A stretch of DNA of 64,000 nt from Selaginella moellendorffii. Taxonomy: Eukaryota; Plantae; Lycopodiophyta. The translations under genes were made by a program, and so were the position numbers. The notes beneath the pieces are model-generated. The model saw only the letters and a program-made list of their open reading frames with translations, ran no database searches and was not told the origin of the DNA. How positions within the stretch are numbered: the first letter of the stretch is position 1; every line of letters begins with the position of its first letter. The DNA lies in the NCBI RefSeq assembly GCF_000143415.4, contig NW_003314274.1, positions 124,001 through 188,000 on the forward strand, in the 5' to 3' direction. This document shows positions 44,051 through 56,960 of the stretch, in pieces.

Positions 44051-47000
44051 ATTTGGTATCGGAGCTGTTCCTTAGTCCGACTTTTATTGGTGCTCAAGTA
44101 TATCACCACTAGTGTTGGCATCGGAAGGTCCGAGGAGTGGGCCTATCCTTGAGGAGTAGCAAGTCTGGAAGACATGGCTCTCCATTACAGTTCATGTGTG
44201 AACTTGTAGACGAGGTGGTGGATAGAAAAGGGCCAATAATGGAACGACTTTGGGATCTTGGGAACAGTGCAAGGTTTTCCTCATTGAGTTGAGGATGTGA
44301 TCCGGATGAGCATTTGTCTCAGCAAATTGTCTTAGGTTGTTGTGGTAAACAACTAAAGTTGGGATCACGGGAAAGATAGAGACTCCAAAACAATAAAGGA
44401 GTCACAAGATTATCCTCATATAGTTGAGGTTGGTGCTCATGAATGTGAGACCAAAGGTAATGACCGTGGAAGGTCAAATACGGAAGAGGACTCAAGTCCT
44501 TGAAATGGTAGCCGGGGCTACCTCTAATAAATGCTGGAACAACCCAAGGAGTTGGGGGTGTATTAAGTGGATGAGTTGGTATTCTCATCACATGGACAAG
44601 TAGTCCTAAGGGGCAAAGGTTGCCCCCAGAGAACAAAATCAAGTGTCGGAGTAACACTTGTGAAAATAGTCCTTTTGAGTAGGACCGGAATGCAAGATGT
44701 GTATTCCAGTGAGCTAGTGCCTCACAAGTAGGACCTTACGGGTCGGTGGATTAACCAAGTCCAAAACTGCTAGACGACTCAAGTAGAGTCAAGGGATGGT
44801 CCTAAAAAGGACTGAATGAAGCATTTGGACTGAGGTGCGTTGTACCCCACAAAGGATGGGGGGGGATCATAGGATCCAAGGATGAGAATAGAGAGTATCT
44901 CATCAATGGCAAAATGTGCCATGCTAAAGTTATGGGAAAGGTGTTCCCAGAAGAAAACAACTTTGACATAAAGTTGTGTGTGACCTCTATGGGGCAGTGC
45001 TAACGGATGGTTGGCATGAGAAAGAGCGGTGTTGGTCTTGGCAAAGACTTAGACACGAAGGGAAATGTCATAGAGGTAGGCTCGTGGAGCCGATGGTGTG
45101 GAGACACCAAATGTGCCAAGGTGTGATACCTTAAGGCTATGTTGGTGGGTTCATGAGAACCCCTTGCCAAAGGAATCCCAATGGAAATGGGAATGGCATA
45201 GCCTAAGCTGTAGAGCATGCAGTTGGAGTGTGGTGACCCAGATAGTGATGGAGGTGTGAAAGCACCAAGCAATGAGTTGTAGGACTTGACAACTATGAGG
45301 CAACTAAGCAAGAGGTGCAAAATAACTGGTTAAACGGGTAGAAGGTAGCTACCCAAGACTTCTAGTATAGGGAAGTCGGATATACCCTTACGGGGGATAA
45401 GTTGCTTATGTTGCGATATAGTAAGTCAATGTCATAAAAGGAAATACTCATTGTCAAGAAAGCCATCATTGGGACACCCGAACACTCTAGAACACCAGAA
45501 GGTGGTGTTTGATGTCGCGAGGGCAATGGATAAAGCCCAAGGGACTAAGTCCCTAGTGAATGATGGATAGAAGGTGCTATCCAAATGTTCAAGGTTGCGA
45601 AGATAGGAGAGGACTGTCTACCCAAGTTGGACAAAGCCAAAAATGGAATTTTGGCAAGGCTAGTGATGGGCATGTAAAGGCCCATAAGCAACAATGTAAC
45701 CCCAGTGTGTGGGATTATAAGCTGAGCATACCCGGATTGAGGAACCACTCCTTGGGCTATTGGGTAGGTTCATCCCTAAGAATACTTGCTAAGGCATGAT
45801 AGAAAGTGCAAAGCTATCCTCCTGGTCTGGAGGAGAATGACCGAAGGAAAGGTGTGAAGCCAAAGGCAAGTAATGTTGGGATGGAACTGAACCATAGGAA
45901 TCAAAGGGCATATCCAACAGTGGTTATGAAAGTTGGGAGTGGAGAATAAAGAGAGTGCTCGAGGATGTTGTTGTTAGCAACCGTGATGCCATGGAGAGTC
46001 TAAAATATGGAATTGTCCATGTTAGACTATATGGCAACTATAAAGCTTGCGAAAGGGGAGGCCTTAGCAAGCTGAGGGACAGAGTTCCTTCAAGGTTCCC
46101 AAAGACGATTCTAGGTAGCATAGTACCTAGAAAGGCCAAGTGTAAATGGTTCATGGAACGCGCGAAATCAGAGTGGCGCAGCAGGAGCGTGGTCTTGAAG
46201 CTTGCCATGAGGCAAGGTTATCAAGGTGAGGGAAGTAGTTCCCGAGTGTTCAAAGAGAGGGCTTTGAACGAAAGTCGATGGTCAAGGACTTTCACGCTTA
46301 TGCAGGAACCATGTTACAAAGGTCGGAGGACTTGCCAAGTGAGATTGGCACGTCAGGGGAACAAAGACCCTAGTTGAAGGTTATATCTTCAAAAAGGGTG
46401 GGCCAGGGGGCCGAGCATGGAGGAGTCCATGCATGATCACAGACATGTCAAGTGAGAGGACTTGGCAGTGTGGAGGAACTAGGTTCCTAAGCTGTGATCT
46501 GTAGCGCGCTTTAAAAATAGGTTGGTGCACCGGCGTGGGGAGTCACGCCAGGCATCTTGTGTGATGCCGTCCGTAGATGCATATACGGAGGTTGGGTTCG
46601 AGTCCCGACCCTCTAGTGCTTGGGTTCGAGTCCCAAATCACTAGGGCGTGGTGATGGTTTGGAATATGAGGACACTCATATTTCGGTGGTCATGGACTCT
46701 CAGTGGGGAGACTGGTTTGGGCACACCGCCAAGCGAGGGATGCCTCGGAGTCGTGATGCACAGTTAGATTGCTTAGTGTGAAAGCTCAGCATATCTAACT
46801 TGAACACTTTGGTGCAAGTGGCACCAAGGTCGTGGTGAGTGAGATGGGGACACCTAATCTCAGTTGCTATGAACCCTTGGCCGTAAGGGCTAGCTTGGGT
46901 GCACCGCCAAGTGTGGGGGATGCCCCCGGGGTTATAGTCAACAACTTGGAGGTCTAGAAACCCAAGTACCTCTTGGCAACTCTGTTAAGGTGCCAAGGTG

Positions 47001-48112
47001 AGATCACTAGGTGATCTTATGGCCAGAAAAGGACAAGGTCCTTGGTTGGCTAAGGAATGAAGTTCCTGGTTCAAAATGTTGAAATTGAACTGTTTAAGGT
47101 GGTGTGGCTTGGTCGTAATAACCAAGTGGGAAGAGCACCTAAGGGAAATAAACTATGTCCGTGCGATGGCATAGTGAGTCCGAGGAAAGTAGTCTCTATA
47201 AAAGACCCATGGGAGGGTCACGAAGTTGGGCCGTGGATAGAGCCCATAGCAGAAGATGCTAAAGAGACGTACTAGGGGTGAACATCCTCCGGACTTGGTA
47301 AAGAAGAGTCTTTGCTATGGAACCGAAACAATACCTCAAGGAGGGAGGTAGAGATTCGATGTTTCTTCGTGCAACAATCAACGGATAGGAGCAAAAGATG
47401 AGTGGCCAAGATAGGGCCGTGGAATCCCTTGGAAGGAATCCAAGTGACAAAGTTAGGCGAGGAACACTAATGTGTTGGACGCTAACAAGTTGCGGGAAAG
47501 GAAGTGTGTTTCCAAGGAAGGATTCCAAATTGCTCCAATTTGGCGAAAGTGGAAGCTCCAAGGGAGGGAGCGGTAAGGTAGCCAAATGATAGGGTGATGG
47601 ACAACCCTAGCACAAAGTGTGATAAATGGAACTTAGTGCCCAAGGTGGCACGAAATAGAAGAGAGGATGATGGTGCCCTCAAGTAATGAACTTCCTAGGA
47701 TAGGGAAGTGGAGTCGCACAAACTGTGCAATGCAAGGTGTTGGAGACACCTAGGAAATTGACTCCAAGAAGTCAAAATTCAAAGTTCCAAAGTGCAAAGG
47801 TTATATATCGATGGAAATTGAGACTACTCGAGAAGGAGTAGTGGGATTGACTTAGAGAAGGGTCTCTAAAAGGTTTAGTGAGAACTAAACCAATAAAAGG
47901 AGAGAACCATTACATGTGGTTCAATCAGTCTCTAAGTTGGAGAGACTACGCTCCTTAAAAGATGGACAAGGCATGGTGAGCCTTTGATGTCAAACCATAG
48001 ACAAAGATTGGCTAGGTGCCAAGGATGGAAATGGTAACACGTGTGGGTGTTACTTTATGAAAGGGTTTACCGTTCGATGAGGACATCGAACTTCGTCTAT
48101 GGGTGGTGGAGT

Positions 48113-49875
48113 TGTGAGACACAAAATCCCTAGGCCCCAAAGTGGAGCCGGAAGGGCGCCACATGGTAGTGGCCGAAGCGAGAGCCAAACGAGCGTAACA
48201 CGTTTGGACCAAAAGCTCCAACTTGAAAAGTCAAGAGCGGGAGTGGAACTCCCAACGAAGTGCTCGAGGAACGAGCACGAAGCGAGCAAAAGGTGAGGCT
48301 CCAAAAAGGGACCCAAAAGGACCAACACATGACACGTGGGAGTCCGAGATGGAGTCCGAGGTGGACCCGAGATGGACCCGAGTTGGAGTCCAAAGTGGAG
48401 TCCGAGATGGACCCGAGATGGAGTCCGAGATGGAGTCCGAGATGGAGTCCGAGGTGGACCCGAGATGGACCCGAGTTGGAGTCCGAAGTGGAGTCCGAGA
48501 TGGACCCGAGATGGAGTCCGAGATGGAGTCCGAGGTGGAGTCCGAGGTGGACCCGAGATGGACCCGAAATGGAGTCCGAGATGGACCCGAAATGCAGTCC
48601 GAGATGGAGTCCGAGATGGACCCGAGATGGAGTCCGAGATGGAGTCCGAGATGGACCCGAGATGGACCCGAGATGGAGTCCGAGATGGAGTCCGAGATGG
48701 AGTCCGAAGTCGAGACCGAGACCGGGACCGAGACCGGGACCGAGACCGAGACCAAGATCGGGACCGAGACCGAGATCGGGACCGAGACCGAGACCGAGGC
48801 CGAGGCCGAGACCGAGCCCGAGCCCGAGTCCGAATCCGAGTCCGAGTCCGAGTCCGAGTCCGAGTCCGAGTCCGAGTCCGGAGCCTGAGAGGGTGAAAGC
48901 CCAAAGCGTTCGTCTCCCAGACCCTGGGGGGTTTGGTGAGCTCCAAAAGTATAGTAGGGGGAGGACTGCAGTGGAGCCAGTTTGGCCAGGAAAGGCCAGT
49001 TTGGCCCAGGAAGGCCGGACCCAGTGTTGGGTGATGAGATGCCCACTGGGAAGTCCAAGACTAGAGTGAACACGGACCGACAAGCGGGGTGAAGTGTTCA
49101 AGAGCCGGCTCTAGTTCCCCCGGGAGATCGACTGGCCGATGCTCCCAGTCCAAGTGTGGGTGGCACTACCTACTTGGATACCTGGTGTGGCTCAATGGAA
49201 CCCGCTCTAAGCCCATGGCTAGAGCACCCAAGGGCAGAAGGCGAGGAGAGTACCCAGGTGGCTCGCGTAAGGCCACGGTGTTCCGAAATGTTGTCCCAAA
49301 GGCCCAGACTGTGGAAAGGAAGAGGAGCAGTCCTCTGGGGTAGTGACCAAGGACACAGTCGTGTGGTGAGGAAGTCCTAGAGGACCGTAGGACTAAGTGG
49401 TCGGGCCTGTGGGTCTCGATCCAGTGGCAGTGTTGGCAAACACGGCCAGGGGCAGAAAGGGACTTAGTGGGGACTGACAGAGGGATATTGGGGAAGGCTA
49501 TTCCCCTTGTCGGTGGGCATCCTAAGGATGCTAAGGAGTGGATCTGAGATGACCACTCACGGATGGTTTGCCTAGTCTTGGAGGGCCAAGACGGAGATGC
49601 AAGTGGTGTTGGACCACCAGTGTGACCAAGGTAAATGGGCATGGCCTTAGCGTAACGGGCCGGTACGTCGGTGATACCTTGGGGTGTCGATCATGGGATC
49701 GGACACGTGGAGCACTTGGACCAAGTGCTAAGGTTGAGTGGCATGGATGCCATTCTCGGGGCTAGCAAGCCCCAAGTCCTGAGTTGGACTTATGGAGGTT
49801 GTCAATGAGACTCCTCCAAGTGGTCAGACATGTGGTTAAGTGACTAAAGTAAAATGGAAAATTTAGTCTCTTACA
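48113..49875 (+). repeat. 3' LTR containing a 6/12-bp unit array at ~48339-48883
   Basis: About 5 substitutions relative to the 5' LTR, plus a net 24-bp difference inside the array. Confidence 0.95.
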
Positions 49876-49888
49876 CATCCAAATTGAT

Positions 49889-50172
49889 CGCAAAATGTGG
49901 CAAGAAACATGTGAAGTTAGAGTTGAGCAGCCATTGCTCTTGGAAGTCCCCATTGGTGAACCAAACTAGCCAACCACCCAAGTATAATACTTTAATATCC
50001 TTTAAATGGAGGATGTCACTCACATAACAGCGCAAAATGTGGCAAGAAACATGTGAAGTTAGAGTTGAGCAGCCATTGCTCTTGGAAGTCCTCATTGGTG
50101 AACCAAACTAGCCAACCACCCAAGTATAATACTTTAATATCCTCTAAATGGAAGATGTCACCCACATAACAG
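49889..50172. repeat. Tandem duplication, 142-bp unit x2
   Basis: CGCAAAATGTGGCAAGAAAC...CACATAACAG at 49889 and again at 50031. Confidence 0.9.
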
Positions 50173-50398
50173 CACAATCCTACCAATTAAATGACCACAC
50201 CACCCCAACTCGTTGGCCAACAATAGCCCATAACATTAAGTAGAAGCTCCCCTTTCTTGCCAAAATTAGCTCCCCACTAATTATAGTGCATCTTATTTCT
50301 CTCCCCTTAAGCCAACTGGAAAGAGCCCTAAGGTTCCAAGGATCCCCTTTCTTGCCCCACCTCATGATGAAGAAACCCAAAATTAGCTCCCCACTAAT

Positions 50399-51009
50399 TA
50401 TAGTGCATCTTATTTCTCTCCCCTTAAGCCAACTGGAAAGAGCCCTAAAGTTCCAAGGATCCACAGTGACAGTATATCCAAATCTCATCCCATGATCACA
50501 TGTGTTACACTCACTCCCTTCAGAGATGTCAATATCCTTATTAACTATTGAGTAACAACCCCTACTGAGCCAAGGGAACCAGCACCTCCATTTCCGCACC
50601 GAATCTACCAATCCTTCCATTATGTAGACCAGCTATTCCATGTGAGGTAACTAGTCATCCACCTGTACCGCAGTCCTACAGTGGATACCTTCGTCCGTGC
50701 ATACTCCACACAAGAGGAAGGACATACACCAATACGTACGATTTCAAATTTAGGGGTAGGAATATACCTTGCTCAAGGGTATATTATATTTTTAAGTAGC
50801 CACTAATCAATGGGAATCGAACCCATGCTATTTGCTCTGATACCAACTGTAGCACACCTTATCTCTCTCCCCTTAAGCCAACTGGAAAAGGGGCAATTGC
50901 TTGATAAGAGAGCCCTTAGTAGCTATTTTATCCCCATTTATCCCCCAAGGTTCCAAAGATCTACAGTGACAGTATATCCAAATCTCATCCCATGATCACA
51001 TGCGCTACA
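50399..51009 (-). mobile_element. TRIM (terminal-repeat retrotransposon in miniature)
   Basis: Short LTRs 50399-50509 and 50848-51009; iMet PBS (GCTCTGATACCA on plus, 50834-50845); PPT at ~50510-50521; near-TSD CTAAT/CTAGT; partial duplicate of the left junction at ~50259-50345. Confidence 0.8.
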
Positions 51010-52073
51010 CTAGTGCAAGAAAGCCTCATGGAAACAATATTACACAAACTGACAGAATTGGTCAAGTGCTAGAAAACAACCATCTCTGAACTTCATGCTG
51101 AATATGAGCTACATTTGGCAGAGAAACACAAGAGGGAACACCCCAAAGACCAGGTAACTAACAGCAAAATAAGGCTTCTTAGGGCCATCCTCACACCCAT
51201 GGGTGGAGTGGCCTCAGTCAATGCAATAACCACAAACCTACTTGGCAAAGGCTATGCAGTAGGATGTGGCCACATAAGGCCCTCCAGAAGAATAAACAAG
51301 ACAAAAGTGGCACCACTAGCCTCAACTAATGGAATTGTTGAGCAGCCCCCACCCAAACAGCTGTATAAAGCAGTCAAGAAGAAGGGTGAAGACTCAACAA
51401 GTGGCCAACTAATGCTACCAGAGAACTTTGAGACCCCAAACCACACTACTCATCGAACACAGGACCTTATCAACACTACAAGAGCACAAGTCTATAGGAA
51501 CAGACATTGGGAATGATGACCTCAACATACCACCACCAACATTCCCACCACCAAAAATGCAAGATACAATCCACAAAATCTAGGCTGAAATCTAGCTGGA
51601 ACAACTAAACCATATTATGCTTTTGTCACAAAAATCTCAGATCAGCCATGTGGAACCTCCTTAGCACCAAGTTGCCCTCTTAGCAAGACTTTACTAGTGG
51701 CCTTGTGAGCACTACATCAACACTTGAACGCATTGCCATGCATCTTGATGGCTGGAAGACCCTAAACCCCCATCATTAGGGTGGCCCCCATGGCCATATG
51801 AAGTCTACATAACAACCAACCACTAGATCACAAATGCTTTTGTTTTTACACTCCCCTTAGGGGTCTATCACAAGTTTTTCTTTTAAGAATCACCTCATTA
51901 CTATGCAAGTTTCTCAACCATTTACAAAAGAAATCTTTCTCATCATCTATAACAAGAAGTTCTAATAATCTAATATGCAATAGTGCCTTCAACCCCCACA
52001 AAGAAAATAGGGCACAACCATGCCCAAACAAAAATGCAAAAGGGTGCCCCCACTCAATCAGGACACATGAATC

Positions 52074-55000
52074 TTGGTTGGAGCATGGAATGTCCGAAGG
52101 TTGACAATGGATCATGGCACCAAACTAAGCAGAATAAGCAGGTATGACATCACAATCCTTAGTGAGACATGGGAGAGCCCAACAGCCCATCCCCCACAAT
52201 ACCCTAAGTACATTGCATACTCCACACCTCAAACGCATCCAAGGGGGACCTACATATATGTCAAGCAAGCTATACACCACTTGGTCCAGGATGTCATCTG
52301 TGCCCCTGCCGCAAACTTTACTGCACTTAGGCTTTAGCTGAACACCACTAAACAATTGATTATTGTCAGCAGCTATTCCTCACTGTCCACAATGTTAACA
52401 ATAGTCACCCCTTTGACCATTTGGTCTGCATGATTGAACTATAGCACTCAGAAGCTACAATTGTGATGCTTGGAGATTTCAACGCACACATGGGATCAAG
52501 CCAAGCTTTAGTCGAGCAAGGAGGTGACCTAACTGAAGCACCAAGTGATTTTCAGCACACGTATACCAATGACAAGAAACTCCTTGCAAATCATGTCAAA
52601 ATTTTCAACTTCTGCACAACAATGCAATTGCTCATTGTCAATGGCATTAAACATTGGCCACCCACAGGGGAACACACATGCATGATGTGGAATGGCGCTA
52701 ACACCAATGACTACACCCTCATCTCACAAGTCACAATTGACACTGTAGCCGACTACCACCTCCAAGACTTTCTTGATTCCAAGATCTCAAACCACCACCC
52801 ACTCAGCATCTCACTACTAGTCCAAAGTTGCACTACAAGCCCACCTCACATCTCCACTGCTGGGCCAAACTTATATGTCCACCCACAGGACATCCCAAAG
52901 TTTCAAGAACAATTCGGAGAGTCTTGGCTACAGAATATGCCCATGCCAAACCAACATGCAACACACTTAATTCAGGCCCTTGTCATAGCAGCCATAGATG
53001 TTTTTTGCCTACGCAAGGTCAAACATGCTATTAGGTTCCCAAAGGCTCACTAGTGGGATGCAAAATGCTCTGTTGCCACCAAACGATAAGAGTTACGCGT
53101 AGGGGTAGTTGACCCAGCCAGGGTGATACACACTTTTTGGCAACTACAAGAAAAAAAAGAAAAGAAGATATATTAAATATGTCAATGATGAATAAATCAA
53201 GAACCTCAGCACCAACTCTACCTGGGCACATCAAATCTTCCACAAACCTCAAGCAATCACGATGTTGAGCAACATGGAGGTTTAGGTGGCATACCTTTAC
53301 AACACTGCTGTACCACTAGTCTTGACATGGCAACACAAGAGGATGGCCACCTTCTCTGTAGAGGACATTGCCAACACCATTCACAAATTGCCAAGATGTC
53401 AAGCTCCAGATGCACAAGGGCTCACTGCCGTGATATTGTTGGCCGTAGATGAAAAGTTCTTTACCCCCATCCTCAAGGGAATTCTCAACAATATAGACAG
53501 CATTGGCTTCCCAACACCATGGATGATCAAACATGTAGTACCACTCCATAAAGTAGGGAACAAAAATGACCCCTTCAACTACAAATGCATCATGATAAGC
53601 AGTGTCTTCTCCAAGCTATATGCTCAAATGTTGGAAAAACTGCTGTCACAGTGAGTAGAAACAACACATGTACGTGCTTGGTGTTAGGCTAGCTTTTGCC
53701 CATGCAAAAGTTGCACATACCACTTGATTAAGTTTCAAATTCTACTAGATTGCTCCTACACAAAAGGAGGTAAGCTCCATGGATTTCAAAAAGGCCTTTG
53801 ACACCAAAAAGGTTTTAGACACTTGCTCTTCCAACAACTAAAGGAACTTGGTGCACCACTTGCCATCGTCAATGCCATAAAGCACCTTTACACCTGCATT
53901 CAAGCCAAGCTCATTGGACAAACAGTAGTCCCCTACAATGCCATTGTTAAGCAAGGATGCCCACTCTCCCCAACATTGTTTGGCATATACATAGATGCAT
54001 TGGAAAGCCTTTTGGCCGAGCGTGACCTCTTCACCACATAAATTGCTGGTCTCTATCTTCATCTCATACTTTATGCCAATGACTTGCTACTCTTTGCTAC
54101 AATAGAAAAGAAGATGCAGTGGCAGTTAGAGGCCCTCAAGGAATTCTGCCAGGACACAAGTCTCAAGATCAACCTAACCAAAACATAAATTGTGATCTTC
54201 AGCTCGAAAACAAGCCACACCTTGCTCCACTATCAAAGACAGGAGGTCCTACAAGTTACCCCTTACAAGTACCTTAGTTATCACCTTCACCATTAGTGAA
54301 TATGGACCACTAGAGTAGCTCAACACGAAGTCACAGTTGAACTCCCAGCAGTTGAACTCTACTGAACTCACTCTACCAAGCAGCCCTCTATTGGTGGGAT
54401 GCAAGAAAGGAGCACTATCAGGCCAAGGTCCACACCATGCTACTATATGGCTGTACTGCCTGGGCCCCCAGCTAATCAGCAACAAGCTGGTCCCACCTAG
54501 AAGGGCTTAATTGAACCTTCATTGCCAATGACTTTGGCATCAAATAGAAAGCATCCTATAGCTTGCTATGCATGGAGATTGGACTGCTCCTAGTTGAAAT
54601 CCAAGCATGGAAATGGACCATGTAGTTCATACTCTCCATGTGGAAGGACACATTCAACTATTGTGCTCAGGCAGCTATTGCAAACTTGATCCAGCTTGAC
54701 ACTGAAAGAGCCAGGGATGCTGGAAGGCTTGTTGAAAGTGGATGGAATGCTTTGGCTTGAACTTCAATGGACTGCTGGACTAACTAGTCACCACAGTCCC
54801 CCCAGCTTGGATCAGCCTTGCATTTAAAGGCTAGTTGGCAAGCTCAAATAGGAACTCCCACTTCCAAGACTACCTCAACAACATCAACCCTGGGAGAATC
54901 ATCAGCCCCAACATCCACAACTCCACAAGCTACACCACCATACGCATCCTTGCAAAATACCAAATGAGTGCACACTCACTTCATGTCGAGCTAGGCCGAA

Positions 55001-55200
55001 GACAGACGCCAGTCATGCCCAGAGATGCCCACCTTTGCCCCCTGTGCAAGACAGGAACAAAGACCTTGTCGCATGTCATATATGACTACCCCGTTTACAT
55101 GTGACTATGGCTCTTCTTCCCCACACTGGACTTCCATACGACCTCCTAGCATTCATGGGGAACATGCAGCAATGATTCCTCTTTCTCCATACGACTTGAA
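52074..55200 (+). pseudogene. LINE ORF2 relic (APE endonuclease, RT, C-terminal Zn knuckle)
   Basis: AWNVRRL..ILSETW, LGDFNAH, SNHHPL; VPLHKVG..DPFNYKCI, DFKKAFD, VKQGCPLSPTLF, LYAND, YKYL; SAHSLHVELGR..CPLC..SHVI; many stops. Confidence 0.9.
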
Positions 55201-55899
55201 TGATTAATATTGAGAGTGAAAAATTCAATAACATTTATACATGTGGTTTGCACTTGAATATCACTAACACAAACATGAGGTATTACAAGTACTAAACAGC
55301 TTTTATGTAAAATTACATCACATGTTTTTCATTTCTTTTTTCTGCTCATTAAAATAAAATAGAATAAAATAACTTCAATAGAAAGAATAGACAACATTGT
55401 GGCAGCTGGCAAGCAGTAAAGATAGATAGCCAACTAACAATTAAATATATACTATACTAATTATAGTTTTCAATCGGTTTAAAAACACAAAAGCTGAACA
55501 AACAATAAACCAATCTTTATCTTTATAGTTTTCTTATAAATTCAGAAACTAATATTTCCTTGTTCCTAAACTAACGACCTATATAAACTGTAAAAACCTT
55601 TTCACTCAAGTTATTTGGAAACCAAAAGGTTTCTTCTTTTCTTAATTGTACAAGACAGTGCTTCATTTCTCCAAAGAATATTCAACCAATGGTAATTTTT
55701 TGCTCTTGTGAGAACATCTTGTTATCTTTTTTTTTTTAATTCTGAGTCACTTTTATCTTATCTCATATCCTATTCTTCCAATCTATCAGCATCACAAATT
55801 TACATTATAATATTGAATGCATTTGCTTGAATTTCTGAAAGGAAGCATAATCATTTTACAAATGTTTCAATATTCTGCAGTTTGATCAATCACCATGCT

Positions 55900-56960
55900 G
55901 TATCAAAGAGAGGGAATAAGACAATGTTGTATATCTGTTCCCAAGAACTTGTTGAGAACCCATGTCTGTGGCCACAACACTCTTACGAATCGCTGTACGT
56001 AACTCTACCAATCCTAGTACAAAATTCAATAAACCCACAAAACTCAGATGGGATGTTATTACTTGCAAGCAAAGGAAACTAGAAGAAGAGATGATCATCT
56101 TGCTCAGGGCCACTTTCAACTTTTTCAAGGCTGGGAGAGATATTACTCAGAGATGCAGTTTCGCCACAAGTATTAGTGAAGTTCCAGAGGTTGCAACAGA
56201 AAAACAAGCCTCTCTGTCTAGAGCTCCCTTCACTTGGACTCCTGCTAGTGTGGAGTTGAGTGCGTTGCTCCATGGCACAGCAGCATGAAGAGTCATCGTC
56301 TCCATAGCTCCACCAGAAAGGCAACTTGCCGCTCTTGAGGTAAGTTGCATTTCTTACTTCTATTCTTCTAACTTAGTTGTCCACAGTTCAGGGTCCATGA
56401 ACTTGTCCGCTTGACCTTGCCATAAGCCAACACATCTGCTTGGGCGAAAAAATTGCACATAAGCTCGTCATTGTTACTAATAATCTCATCTGAATGAATC
56501 GTTAACCTGTGGTAACGAGAGAAATAAAAATCTTCTTACTTCTCAAAAACAGTGATTGCTGGCTTTTGATGATTCCAATGAAGCTGCATGGAACAACTTG
56601 ATGTTTGTTACTATCTGAAAGTATTGAGCCCTCCTTCACCAAGCTTTAAGGTGCAAAAATGCAGAAAAGCGAGAGCATTGAGGCCGATATCATCATTAAA
56701 CTTGTTGTTTATGAATGCAAGAAGGCAATTCACAGTCTCTGAATATTGTGTTCTCAATTTCAGTAATGTGTTGAAAGTAATCTCTAACAACTTTCTCCAC
56801 TGGTTCAAATGCAAGATAGACAATGCCGCTATCTCTATTTGTTGCAGCAGTAGTAAAGACCTGTAATTGATAAAGCATTCATACCTTGTCCAAAATGACT
56901 CAAAACTTTGTTACCATAAACAGCCAGATTTCACGTTGCCAACTCAGATCCTGCCTTTGT
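55900..56960 (-). pseudogene. Fragment of a BIG-type ARF-GEF (Sec7 family, C-terminal HDS region), frameshifted
   Basis: RVGNVKSG, VFTTAA..IVYLAFE.VEKVVRDYFQHITEIE / VNCLLAFINNKFNDDIGLNALAFLHFC.LKLGEG, DDHLFF*FPLLA, AIRKS. Confidence 0.8.

Larger units (their letters stand above)
42312..49875 (+). mobile_element. Young non-autonomous LTR retroelement (LARD-like) with ~1.75-kb LTRs and a 4-kb non-coding interior
   Basis: TG..CA LTRs 42312-44050 and 48113-49875; TSD CATCC (42307-42311 / 49876-49880); PBS TGGTATCGGAGC (iMet) at 44054-44065; PPT GGGTGGTGGAG before the 3' LTR; no gag/pol ORF. Confidence 0.93.
40980..55380 (+). mobile_element. Degenerate non-LTR retrotransposon (LINE), interrupted by an LTR element and a TRIM; ends approximate
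   Basis: ORF2 relic at 52074-55200; same A/C-rich strand bias at 41.0-42.3 kb and 49.9-52 kb; ORF1-like peptide (IFHPIGNFIQID..EVRVEQPL..VPIG) reads across the CATCC TSD. Confidence 0.6.

Noticed and set aside
46585-46640. tRNA gene
   Set aside because: Only T-arms are present; I could not build a D-arm, anticodon arm and acceptor stem into a cloverleaf.
42312-49875. Retrozyme (hammerhead) or group II intron
   Set aside because: I saw no CTGANGA..GAAA hammerhead core with proper stems and no domain-V motif.
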